Source of the DNA: Pseudidiomarina andamanensis
Lineage (GTDB): Bacteria; Pseudomonadota; Gammaproteobacteria; Enterobacterales; Alteromonadaceae
Assembly (NCBI RefSeq): GCF_009734345.1
Contig: NZ_CP032551.1
Span: forward strand, 150,001 to 182,000
DNA length: 32,000 nt
Reading direction: 5' to 3'
The position numbers and the translations under genes were made by a program. Below the pieces are notes generated by a model. It was given only the letters and a program-made list of their open reading frames with translations. It was not told the DNA's origin and ran no database searches. Positions 23,832 through 32,000 of the stretch are shown here, piece after piece. How positions within the stretch are numbered: position 1 is the first letter of the stretch; each line of letters begins with the position of its first letter.

Positions 23832-26777
23832 ATGATGAAAAATAGTCGTATCGCCAAATCGGTACGTCTTGCGCTTGTTTTTGGCGCTGCCTCAACGCTG
23901 CTTTCAGCCGGCGCGATGGCACAAGACGTAACTGATGCGGAAGAAAATGTCGAAACGGAAGAGCGCGCAGAGCGCATTACCGTTGTTGGTTCGCGTATTC
24001 GTTCTGATGGCTTAGATAATGACTCGCCACTTGAAGTAATTTCAACAGAAATTGCAGTCGAGCAAGGGTTAGGCACGTTGGGTGAATTGTTGCGTACATC
24101 AACAGTTGCATCTGGCTCAAACCAGTTAACTTCAGCGATGTCGGTAGGCAGTGTAACTGAAGGTGGTGCTGGTAACGAATCGATTTCAATGCGTGGCCTT
24201 GGTGCCAACCGTACTTTGGTATTGTTGAATGGTCGCCGTGCAGGACCTGCAGGTACTCGTGGTCAGGTTGCCGCATTTGACATGAACTCAATTCCAATTT
24301 CTGCGGTTGAACGTGTTGAAATTCTAAAAGATGGCGCATCATCTTTGTACGGTTCTGACGCCGTTGCTGGTGTTATCAACATTATCACCAAGAAAGGTGA
24401 TGATTCATCTTTCAACGTTAGCGTAAATCAACCAATGGAATCAGGCGGTGAAAACTATCGCTTGAACGGTACTATCGGTCGTGCATACAGTAAAGGTTCT
24501 GTGCGTTTAGTTGCTGATTACCGTGTGCAGCAAGAACTAGCCCGCGGCGATCGCGATCACTTTGCTTGTGGTCAGCGTATGTATTTCGATCAAGAAACTG
24601 GTGAGCGTGCTGACCCAATTGATCCGCGTACAGGTGATTACCACTGCAACGATTTACCTTACGGCATGTGGATGTGGAATTACGGTGCTGAAGATTATAT
24701 TTCACTGATTCAAAACTACGATTATGATGGTTCAAAAGCCGAAGCTGGTTTACCGACTTATAATCCACAGAATCCTGGTGATATTACCGTTCCTGAAGGT
24801 TGGTTTCCTGTTGGTTATGATAAAGTAAGTGACGGCTGGTCAGACGCCGATCACCCATTCCAAGACCTAGAAAGCATGATTCCGCGTACGGAAGCGTGGT
24901 CACTATATGGTCAAGCCGACTATGACCTTTCTGATACGGTTCGTTTTTACTCAGAGCTCTTATACAGCCGTCGTGAAACTCAAATCAACAGCTATCGCCA
25001 ATTCTGGGAACCGTTCATTCCAGCTTGGTACGGTTTAGTTGAAGGCTGGGATGGCATGGTTGTACTTGACCCAACTGCGGTAACTGACCACTCCGGAAGC
25101 ACAACGACTATTGATTACACGCGCGGCGTGATGGGTCTTGAAGGCTCAATTGGTTTTTGGAACTGGGATGTCTCTTGGCAGCGCAGCTTAAGCAGTGGTA
25201 CTTATGCCACTAAAATCATCTATCAAGATGCGTTAGAAATGGCTGCAAACGCTATTTGGGGTGATGCCTGTGAAGGTGAACTTTCACCAATCTCGCAACG
25301 CGAATGCTACGCAATCGACTTCTTCGATCCAGAATATTTACGCGGTAACTTCGATCAAGGTACGCGTGATTTCTTGTTCGGCGTAGACCACGGTAAAACA
25401 ATTTATAAGCAAGACACAGTTGATGCTTATATTACCGGTGACTTGTTCGACTTACCAGCTGGTACCGTTGCAACAGCCGTTGGTATGGCTTACCAAACTG
25501 ACGAAATTGTCGATACTCCGGGAGAAGCTACGTTAGCGAAAAACTCATGGGGTATGAGCAGTGCCGGTATTACTGCAGGTCGCCAGACTACAGTAGCTGC
25601 TTACGGTGAAGTTCAAGTGCCAGTGCTTCGTGATTTACCAGGCGTATATAGCTTGGATGTAACGGGTTCTGCGCGCTGGACTGACGTGAACACCTACGGT
25701 AACGATACGACTTTCAAATTAGGCGTAAACTGGGCTATCACGGATAGCTTCCGTGTACGTGCGTCGCGCGGTACGTCATTCCGCTCGCCAGCCTTGTTTG
25801 AACTGTACCTTGGTGACCAATCAGCATTCTTTGATCAGCGTAATGACCCGTGTTGGAACTGGGCACAACGTGAGCAAGAGGGCACCATTAACCCAACGGT
25901 ATTGGCAAACTGTCAGGCAGATGGCATTCCAGGTGATTATGCTCAGGACTTCGGTTCAGGTACGGCATACACTGGCGGTGGCGCTGGTACCTTACGTGCT
26001 GAAACGTCAGTATCTGAAGGCGTTGGTTTTGTTTGGACAAGCCCAGAAGGCGTATGGGCAACCTCGGTTGACTACTACAATGTTCAAATTGATAACCAAG
26101 TTGATGACTTGTCAGGCGTGCAAATTTTGAACCTCTGCTACACTTCTGAAAACTTTGAGAACGAACCGTTCTGCGATCGTTTCACGCGTAACGATGGTTC
26201 TGAATCAGGCAACTGGGGTGTTGACGAAGTTTATGGTGGCTACGTGAACGTTGCTAGCCAGAAAGTTCGTGGTGTTGATACGGTTGTCAGCTATCAAGAT
26301 GAAACCGATGTCGGCTTCGTACGTGTACGTCTTGACCACACCATTCAAATTGAACGTACTTATCGTCAATTTGAAGACAGTGCGCCAATTCAATACGTTG
26401 GTCGTTTAGGTAACCCACGCCACTCAGGTTCATTAACCGTATCACTCGAGCGTGATAGCTGGTCTTACACCTGGGCCGCTCGTTACGTTGGTAAAGTGAA
26501 CGATTATGATCGTTTCGCTAACGGTAATGAGACAACTTATCGTGGCACGCCGGTAACCTTCATTGCCGAAGCACCGACCACGGTTTATCACACAGCGTCG
26601 GTAAACAAGAGTTTCGACAACAACGTTGACGTTACTTTAGGTATGACAAACGTGTTTGATAAGAAGCCGCCGATGGGTAGCCCATCAGCTGCTTACACCG
26701 TTGGTAATGCCATGTTGTACTCGCAGTACGATCAACTGGGTCGCCAGTTGTTCTTGAATGTTGGTTACTCGTTCTAA
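23832..26777 (+). CDS. Large TonB-dependent outer-membrane receptor, substrate unknown
   Basis: 981 aa. Signal peptide ...SAGAMA|QD. TonB-box/plug region (ERITVVGSRI, SMRGLGANRTLVLLNGRR, VERVEILKDGASSLYGSDAVAGVINI). C-terminal ...LNVGYSF. GGAGA SD just upstream. Confidence 0.9.
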   Translation: MMKNSRIAKSVRLALVFGAASTLLSAGAMAQDVTDAEENVETEERAERITVVGSRIRSDGLDNDSPLEVISTEIAVEQGLGTLGELLRTSTVASGSNQLTSAMSVGSVTEGGAGNESISMRGLGANRTLVLLNGRRAGPAGTRGQVAAFDMNSIPISAVERVEILKDGASSLYGSDAVAGVINIITKKGDDSSFNVSVNQPMESGGENYRLNGTIGRAYSKGSVRLVADYRVQQELARGDRDHFACGQRMYFDQETGERADPIDPRTGDYHCNDLPYGMWMWNYGAEDYISLIQNYDYDGSKAEAGLPTYNPQNPGDITVPEGWFPVGYDKVSDGWSDADHPFQDLESMIPRTEAWSLYGQADYDLSDTVRFYSELLYSRRETQINSYRQFWEPFIPAWYGLVEGWDGMVVLDPTAVTDHSGSTTTIDYTRGVMGLEGSIGFWNWDVSWQRSLSSGTYATKIIYQDALEMAANAIWGDACEGELSPISQRECYAIDFFDPEYLRGNFDQGTRDFLFGVDHGKTIYKQDTVDAYITGDLFDLPAGTVATAVGMAYQTDEIVDTPGEATLAKNSWGMSSAGITAGRQTTVAAYGEVQVPVLRDLPGVYSLDVTGSARWTDVNTYGNDTTFKLGVNWAITDSFRVRASRGTSFRSPALFELYLGDQSAFFDQRNDPCWNWAQREQEGTINPTVLANCQADGIPGDYAQDFGSGTAYTGGGAGTLRAETSVSEGVGFVWTSPEGVWATSVDYYNVQIDNQVDDLSGVQILNLCYTSENFENEPFCDRFTRNDGSESGNWGVDEVYGGYVNVASQKVRGVDTVVSYQDETDVGFVRVRLDHTIQIERTYRQFEDSAPIQYVGRLGNPRHSGSLTVSLERDSWSYTWAARYVGKVNDYDRFANGNETTYRGTPVTFIAEAPTTVYHTASVNKSFDNNVDVTLGMTNVFDKKPPMGSPSAAYTVGNAMLYSQYDQLGRQLFLNVGYSF

Positions 26778-26799
26778 GCAACCTAACTATTCGTTCATG

Positions 26800-26831
26800 A
26801 AAAACGCCAGCATCATGCTGGCGTTTTTTTT
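26800..26831. terminator. Bidirectional intrinsic terminator between convergent genes
   Basis: Stem cgccagca (26805-26812), loop tca, stem tgctggcg (26816-26823). Flanked by A5 (26800-26804) and T8 (26824-26831). Confidence 0.85.
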
Positions 26832-26847
26832 GCTCATTTATCCGGTG

Positions 26848-29223
26848 TTAAATAGGTGAGCCGGGTGGTAATTCCGGTGCCGACTTAAGCGGCCATGGTT
26901 TACCCGCAAAGAACTGTTCCAGGGCATACATCGCATAATCTCGGTGCGAGGAGCTAGGTGTATTTTTCCAGCTACTAAGTTGACTTTGCAAAAAGCTAAA
27001 GAGCGGTGCTTTTACTGAAGCACTGACTTTTTCGTCACTGTACACTTTCACCACTGCGTCCAGAGCTTCATACGCTAAACGTTGCTCGAGTGTTGACGCA
27101 TCGGCATCGTGGGCCGGAGTAATAGCCGCTTCAGCAATATGCTTGAGCAATTTAGCGATATCAGGAATGGCGTTGTCACGACTGTGCTGTTGCTGCAGTC
27201 GTTCAAGGCGCTGCGTATTCAGCATCAGGTTTAACACGAATCGTGCTGAACTGGCTGCCATGGTGTCAGGATCTGAAACGAGACCAGTTAAGCCATTAAA
27301 GCGCTCACGATCATAACCTTCGCCATACGAAGCTGGCGCTAACAAACCAATAATATGCTCTGGCAGTGCAAGCGTTTCAGCACTTAGCGTTTTGCTTAAT
27401 ACCTGCATTGCGCGCAACTGTTGCGAGGCGTTTACAGGGCGAATATCAATATCACCTTCACCTTTTACGGCGTAATCATAGTGTAATCCTGCAATCATTT
27501 TGACGGCGGCTTCGGCTTGGTAGCGATGCAATAGATACATTGGTACGAGCAGGTTTTGTAATTCGCTGATTGGGCGTCCATCGGCAATATTACCCAAACC
27601 GAACTGCTTCAACGCTGTTTCGCGTACAGCAATTACGCGCTCAAGCTCTGTCACCGCATCACTGCCGTTATCCCATAAATGAGCATCTGGGTGGGCACCA
27701 CCAGCCGCACGAGCGTCTCGGTCAGAAATAAAGCCTAAACCGAGACGGCGGTTTTGTTCCAGAACAGTGGCTAGATCAGCATTTCCGTAACCGTAGGCAA
27801 TAACTTGCATATCCCAAACGCCAACGCCTTCAGTGTATGCATCAGCAAGCGTTAAACCACCAGTTTTGGTATCAATACTTATGAGAGGATGCGGATAATC
27901 CATCACCGAGGCGCGATCATCGGCACTTGCGGCGAAGTTATGCGCAATACCAAGCGTATGACCAATTTCGTGGGCTGATAATTGACGTATTCGCGCCAGC
28001 GCCATCGCTTCAATTTTTTCTTTGATTTGCTCTTGTTGCTCGATGTTATTTGTGGCGAAAGGTGCTAACAGACCTTGCGCAATCAGCATATCTTGGCGCA
28101 CGCGCAACGAACCGAGGGTGACATGTCCTTTGATAATTTCACCCGTACGCGGGTCAATGATGGAAGAGCCATAGGACCAACCACGGGTTGCGCGATGCAC
28201 CCATTGAATGACGTTGTAACGAACGTCCATTGGATCAGCGTCGGCAGGTAATTCACGTACTTGAAAGCCATTCGGTAAGTCGATAGCTGCAAATGCTTCT
28301 GCCCACCAACGGCCACCTTCTAGTAAAGCACTGCGAACTGGTTCAGGAACACCAGGGTCGAGATAATAGATAATTGGCTCGTCTTTACTGACGCGATGTC
28401 GCGGAATGTATTGAACCGTGGTCGGTGATCCTAACGGTGCCGCATAATCTTTATGCGCCTCAGACCAATAGCCGCTTTGCGGATGAAATTGACGCGGCTG
28501 GTATTGAGAGTCCGGCAAACGAATAAATGAGTGATGTAAGTGCATGGTGACATGATTAGGATCAGCGGCAACACTGCGCACATATTGCCCCGTGCCTTCC
28601 CCACTGAACGTGATTTTTGCTTCAAGCTCGGTGTTGTCGGCAAATGCTTTGCTACGTGCTGGATAAATCACTGACTTATCGGAGCTGAGTTTATAGCTAC
28701 CTTGCTTGGTATCTCGCAAACGTTGCACTACGCCATGAGTATCGCTCAGTAAGAATGGTGTGTAGTCAATTAACACATGGTTGGCATCTTGAGCGACGAC
28801 GTTAAAGCCGGCAATGACAGAATCAGCAAACGCTTCGTTGATACTTTGGCGCTCGGCTTGATTGTCGCTATTTGCGCGGAACTGAGTGTTGTGCTGCATT
28901 AACAAAACTTTGTCGCCTTCAATATAGAAGCTAGCGAGTCTGGTTGTGCCAAGTTGGCCGCGATCTAGGCCGATATCGTTTGAACCAAGCCCCCATGGCA
29001 AGCTGGTTTGAAAAATGAATTGTTGGTTTTGTTTAGGCACCAGCAAGTAAATTTTGCCTTGTGGCTGATCGTGATAAAAGGTGAAAAAGCCTTCATGTGC
29101 ACGCATCTCAGCGGTAAACTGAGTCACTGCCGAAAGTGTTGGTTTCGAGTTTGAATCCGCAAATGTTGCTGTTGAAAAACTTGCGGTTAAAAGTAAAAAC
29201 GTAAATAAAACAATGCGTAGCAT
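26848..29223 (-). CDS. Exported zinc-dependent metalloprotease (zincin, HEXXH), large DUF4953/DUF5117-type family
   Basis: 791 aa. Signal peptide MLRIVLFTFLLLTASFSTATFA|D. HEXXH motif SAHEIGHTLGIAHNF (HEIGH encoded at 27958-27972, - strand). Confidence 0.8.
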   Translation of the reverse strand: MLRIVLFTFLLLTASFSTATFADSNSKPTLSAVTQFTAEMRAHEGFFTFYHDQPQGKIYLLVPKQNQQFIFQTSLPWGLGSNDIGLDRGQLGTTRLASFYIEGDKVLLMQHNTQFRANSDNQAERQSINEAFADSVIAGFNVVAQDANHVLIDYTPFLLSDTHGVVQRLRDTKQGSYKLSSDKSVIYPARSKAFADNTELEAKITFSGEGTGQYVRSVAADPNHVTMHLHHSFIRLPDSQYQPRQFHPQSGYWSEAHKDYAAPLGSPTTVQYIPRHRVSKDEPIIYYLDPGVPEPVRSALLEGGRWWAEAFAAIDLPNGFQVRELPADADPMDVRYNVIQWVHRATRGWSYGSSIIDPRTGEIIKGHVTLGSLRVRQDMLIAQGLLAPFATNNIEQQEQIKEKIEAMALARIRQLSAHEIGHTLGIAHNFAASADDRASVMDYPHPLISIDTKTGGLTLADAYTEGVGVWDMQVIAYGYGNADLATVLEQNRRLGLGFISDRDARAAGGAHPDAHLWDNGSDAVTELERVIAVRETALKQFGLGNIADGRPISELQNLLVPMYLLHRYQAEAAVKMIAGLHYDYAVKGEGDIDIRPVNASQQLRAMQVLSKTLSAETLALPEHIIGLLAPASYGEGYDRERFNGLTGLVSDPDTMAASSARFVLNLMLNTQRLERLQQQHSRDNAIPDIAKLLKHIAEAAITPAHDADASTLEQRLAYEALDAVVKVYSDEKVSASVKAPLFSFLQSQLSSWKNTPSSSHRDYAMYALEQFFAGKPWPLKSAPELPPGSPI

Positions 29224-29254
29224 GATTTTGGCTCACCGTTTTAATAACTGATTT

Positions 29255-29752
29255 ATGGATTATTGGATGCAAAACACAACCTCAAAAAACCGTTATAACA
29301 AACTCGCTGTGCAAAGTAACGTAGCGAATGCATTGAACGCGGTTGACGGTGATAAATTTAAGTTAGATTTGCGCCTAGAAGGCGATAGCTTTTTACTAGC
29401 AAGTTGGCCGTTGTGTGATGTACGACGGTTTGATGATCAGCGTTATGACTGGCTAATGCTGATACCTAGAGTCGATAACAGCATTGAGTTTACAGATTTA
29501 TCCGAGGCGCAACAGCGGCAATTGGCGTTAGAAGTACAGCAAGTTTCGTTGCTATTAAAAGAGTTTGGTTCAGGGGAAAAGCTGAATGTCGGTGCGCTCG
29601 GCAATGTTGTAAGTCAGTTACACGTACATTTGGTGATGCGGCATTCACAAGACCCTGCGTGGCCTGGGCCCGTGTGGGGGCATTCAGCAGCTAAGCGCTT
29701 TGACGACGCTACGAAAGCTACAGAAGTTAAACGCTGGCAAGCTCTTCTTTGA
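29255..29752 (+). CDS. HIT-family nucleotide hydrolase/transferase
   Basis: Histidine triad QLHVHLVMR. The core FKLDLRL...WLMLIPRV...LNVGALGN...AWPGPVWG resembles HIT proteins of about 140-150 aa. The N-terminus is uncertain: there is no SD at 29255 or 29267, and alternative starts are GTG 29309 and TTG 29333. Confidence 0.75.
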   Translation: MDYWMQNTTSKNRYNKLAVQSNVANALNAVDGDKFKLDLRLEGDSFLLASWPLCDVRRFDDQRYDWLMLIPRVDNSIEFTDLSEAQQRQLALEVQQVSLLLKEFGSGEKLNVGALGNVVSQLHVHLVMRHSQDPAWPGPVWGHSAAKRFDDATKATEVKRWQALL

Positions 29753-30260
29753 GTTGCGCACACCATTGTTGTATACGCTCTTCGCTGTATTCATATTGAC
29801 TATCTTCGTCGAGCGCTAAACCAACAAAGAACTCGCCGTCCGCAGTCAATGCTTTTGAAGCGGCAAAGTCATACCCTTGATTTGGCCAAAAACCAATGCG
29901 AATGCAGCCTTGGGTGCCAGGATTAGCGGCTAATTCATCATGCAACATACCTAGGGCGTCTTGGAACCAATCGGTATAACCGACTTGGTCACCCATACCG
30001 AACAAAGCAACTATTTTGCCATTTAACTGTAAATCAGCAATATCACTCCAATGGCTTTCCCAATCTTCTTGAATTTCGCCGAAATCCCACGTTGAAAGAC
30101 CAAAAATAATCACATCGAACTGTTCGGAATCACTGAGCGGCACATCTTTAATGTTGAATAACTCGATCTCACCCGGCGCAAACTGAGCTTGAATTTTCTC
30201 TGCTGCAATTTCAGTAAAACACGTGGTTGAGCCGTAAAATAAACCAATGCGTAAAGCCAT
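29727..30260 (-). CDS. fldB: Long-chain flavodoxin, FldB-like
   Basis: Colinear with E. coli FldB as recalled (GLFYGSxTCxTExAAEKI, TWDFGEIQEDWE, GKIVALxGxGDQxGY, FVGLALDE). The start is taken at MALRIGLFYGS (30260) rather than the track start at 30278. Confidence 0.88.
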   Translation of the reverse strand: MALRIGLFYGSTTCFTEIAAEKIQAQFAPGEIELFNIKDVPLSDSEQFDVIIFGLSTWDFGEIQEDWESHWSDIADLQLNGKIVALFGMGDQVGYTDWFQDALGMLHDELAANPGTQGCIRIGFWPNQGYDFAASKALTADGEFFVGLALDEDSQYEYSEERIQQWCAQLKEELASV

Positions 30261-30389
30261 GTCTTGTCGCCTAATCATTGATGAGTTCGAGGAATAAAAG
30301 AGGTGCCTAGTGTATCAGAAATTACCGCCGTTATGGTATGCTTGCGCATCGAATTCATTGAGCCAATCTAGTGTAATAGGGGATATTTT

Positions 30390-30677
30390 ATGGCATCGGC
30401 AGCATTTAACGACTACGTCCAATCACTCGAGCAAGTATTTGATGAGGTCGTTGCGACGGGCTCTGATGATGAGTTATTTGCTAGCGGCTACTTGCGCGGT
30501 CATTTTGATTTGGTTGTGGCCCAGCTTGAGCTCAATGATCACGCTAGTGCGGATGCGGTGCTACCAAGCGTACATGCGTCTGTTGAGCAGGCAAAACACG
30601 AGTTAGCCCCAGCTGATATGGCACACATACAAGCTATGCTGAATCGGCTTGAAGCCGTTGCGGCGCAAGTCGCTTAA
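30390..30677 (+). CDS. yfcL: YfcL-family protein
   Basis: 95 aa. Shares DDELFASGYLRGH with E. coli YfcL as recalled. Convergent with mnmC as in E. coli. Confidence 0.8.
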   Translation: MASAAFNDYVQSLEQVFDEVVATGSDDELFASGYLRGHFDLVVAQLELNDHASADAVLPSVHASVEQAKHELAPADMAHIQAMLNRLEAVAAQVA

Positions 30678-32000
30678 TTAACGGCTCAGCCAGTGGTTGT
30701 GGCTCTCCTAGCCACTGGCTAACTAACAGCTCCGCGCACAGCGGAGCACTGGTAAATCCGCGCGAACCAAGCCCACTTAATACCCCTAAATTATCTGTTA
30801 ACCAACCGCATGCGGGTAAATGGTCGCGGGTTGTATTACGCAATGACGCACGGTTGTTGACCGCACGTAACTCGTGCGTCCAAGGCTGCGCAAGATTATC
30901 TTGCAGCGTCAGCAGATTTTCTTCGGTGTCAGCAGCTTCAATGTCTTGATAACTCTCCGACTTAAATTCACGGTTGTAAGTAGCGCCGACACAATGGGTT
31001 AATTCGCCGTTGTTATTTATTGCTGGCGTGAAGTAGCCTTTATAGCAGACCACCATTGGACACGTCGCGCTAACATCATTTGCAGCCACTTGCGTTACCT
31101 GACCGCGTACATTTTGGGTTTCTATTCGCCACTGGGCGAGTAATTGAGATGTATTGGCTCCAGCAGCCACAATTAACGTGCTGGCTTCGAAACGCTCACT
31201 TGCAGAGGTTTCTACCTGCCAATTGCTATTCGAAGTTTTACTAATCTCAGTGATAGGCGACACTTCCATAATGGTCAGGCGTTCGCCGCAGTTGCGCAGA
31301 ATTTGTTCTACCAAGCGTTGTGGCGGCAACCAGCCCGAATTTGGATAAAACAGTGCGGGAAGTGCAGGTAGCGGCTCCCACATGGTTTGTGTTTGTGTCG
31401 CCGTTAATGAAGTGACCAACTCAGGTGCATAACACCCGCTGTCAGCGATTTTGTGCTGGCGCTGTTCACGAATGGCATTAAAGGCAAGGTGAATGACCCC
31501 TGTGGCATGCCATAAATCGGGGCAATTGCTTTGATAAAACTGCCGCGCGTGATCAAACGCACTCACATAAAACTGACTTAGCGGGCTAAGCTCGGCGTGC
31601 AATAACGGATATACAGCCCCTTGAGCGTTGCCAGATGCGCCGTCAGCTATACCGCTGGTAATTAATTGAACGGGGTGGCCGCGTTGTGTAAGCGACCAAG
31701 CAAGACAAGCGGCGGCAATGCCTCCACCTATAACTGTGACCGTCTCGCTTGGGGGTGAGGCAGCGTTTGCTTTTTTTTGAATCGTACCGCGCAGCATTTC
31801 ACGTTTACGACCAAAACCTTTCGACTTTGTGACCTCAAACCCTGCTTCGGTTAAGTCGCGGCGAACGGCTCCGGCCGCCGTAAATGTGGCAAAGGTACCT
31901 GAATTACGGCAGCTATGTGCCATCGCTTGGTATACATTAGGTTGCCACATTTGTGGGTTTTTATCGGGTGCGAAGCCGTCGAGGAACCACGCATCAATTG
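30634..32000 (-). CDS. mnmC: Bifunctional tRNA (mnm5s2U34) methyltransferase / FAD-dependent cmnm5s2U34 oxidoreductase MnmC. C-terminal about 455 aa; continues beyond the window end.
   Basis: FAD-binding GGGIAAA motif and a DAO-type oxidoreductase domain. The frame stays open upstream of the track Met: 31951-31998 encodes IDAWFLDGFAPDKNPQ, followed by MW from 31950. This is the conserved end of the N-terminal methyltransferase domain (E. coli: DAWFLDGFAPAKNP). Confidence 0.9.
   Translation of the reverse strand, partial: IDAWFLDGFAPDKNPQMWQPNVYQAMAHSCRNSGTFATFTAAGAVRRDLTEAGFEVTKSKGFGRKREMLRGTIQKKANAASPPSETVTVIGGGIAAACLAWSLTQRGHPVQLITSGIADGASGNAQGAVYPLLHAELSPLSQFYVSAFDHARQFYQSNCPDLWHATGVIHLAFNAIREQRQHKIADSGCYAPELVTSLTATQTQTMWEPLPALPALFYPNSGWLPPQRLVEQILRNCGERLTIMEVSPITEISKTSNSNWQVETSASERFEASTLIVAAGANTSQLLAQWRIETQNVRGQVTQVAANDVSATCPMVVCYKGYFTPAINNNGELTHCVGATYNREFKSESYQDIEAADTEENLLTLQDNLAQPWTHELRAVNNRASLRNTTRDHLPACGWLTDNLGVLSGLGSRGFTSAPLCAELLVSQWLGEPQPLAEPLIKRLAPQRLQADSA

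Noticed and set aside
23681-24208. 175-aa reverse-strand ORF (and 23713-23922, 23977-24342) spanning the promoter and 5' end of the 981-aa TonB-dependent receptor
   Set aside because: It is antisense to a well-supported receptor N-terminus (signal peptide plus plug motifs). It is Ser/Pro/Arg-rich with no motif, and it would run through the upstream terminator T-tract region.
30310-30606. 98-aa + strand ORF overlapping yfcL in another frame
   Set aside because: The yfcL frame (30390-30677) carries the conserved DDELFASGYLRGH block. The alternative frame has no recognisable features.
1-32000. Window-wide search for mobile elements, prophage remnants, defence systems (RM, CRISPR-Cas, Abi, TA, retrons, CBASS-like), tRNA/rRNA genes and secondary-metabolite clusters
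   Set aside because: No transposase, integrase or recombinase-like ORF was found. No long terminal inverted repeats bracket genes. No non-coding stretch is long enough for rRNA, and none folds as an obvious tRNA cloverleaf. Every ORF over 90 aa outside shadow frames is accounted for by a housekeeping, transport or hydrolase family, or by one hypothetical exported protein.

Overview
This window looks like a chromosomal, mostly housekeeping segment of a gammaproteobacterium. It has E. coli-like micro-synteny blocks: yciK/sohB, lpxH-ppiB next to cysS, and yfcL/mnmC. The many secreted peptidases, a lipase and two TonB-dependent receptors suggest a marine Alteromonadales-like organism, but that is inference. 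I can support 26 protein-coding genes, two of them cut by the window edges, plus 6 intrinsic terminators, 4 regulatory sites and 3 copies of one repeat family. I see no rRNA, tRNA, CRISPR array, transposase, integrase or phage gene. I also see no recognisable defence, toxin-antitoxin or secretion-system cluster, so I cannot honestly claim a novel multi-gene system here. The most unusual signal is non-coding: a family of intergenic elements built from inverted arrays of one degenerate heptamer (CGTTATT / AATAACG). It occurs at three loci (536-729, 6604-6693, 14302-14379), and one locus holds 11 perfect tandem CGAATAA units. The other results come from reading the intergenic regions. Four 11-bp-phased Pho-box heptamers sit in front of an OlsF-like bifunctional lipid acyltransferase. 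A near-consensus Zur box lies between a His/Glu-rich ZnuD-like TonB-dependent receptor and an M28 peptidase. A FadR-operator-like site lies upstream of a VolA/Pla-1-type lipoprotein lipase that is inserted between yciK and sohB. A CsoR-type operator sits between the -35 and -10 of a csoR-HMA copper operon. All functional calls rest on motifs and remembered homologues, not on database searches.
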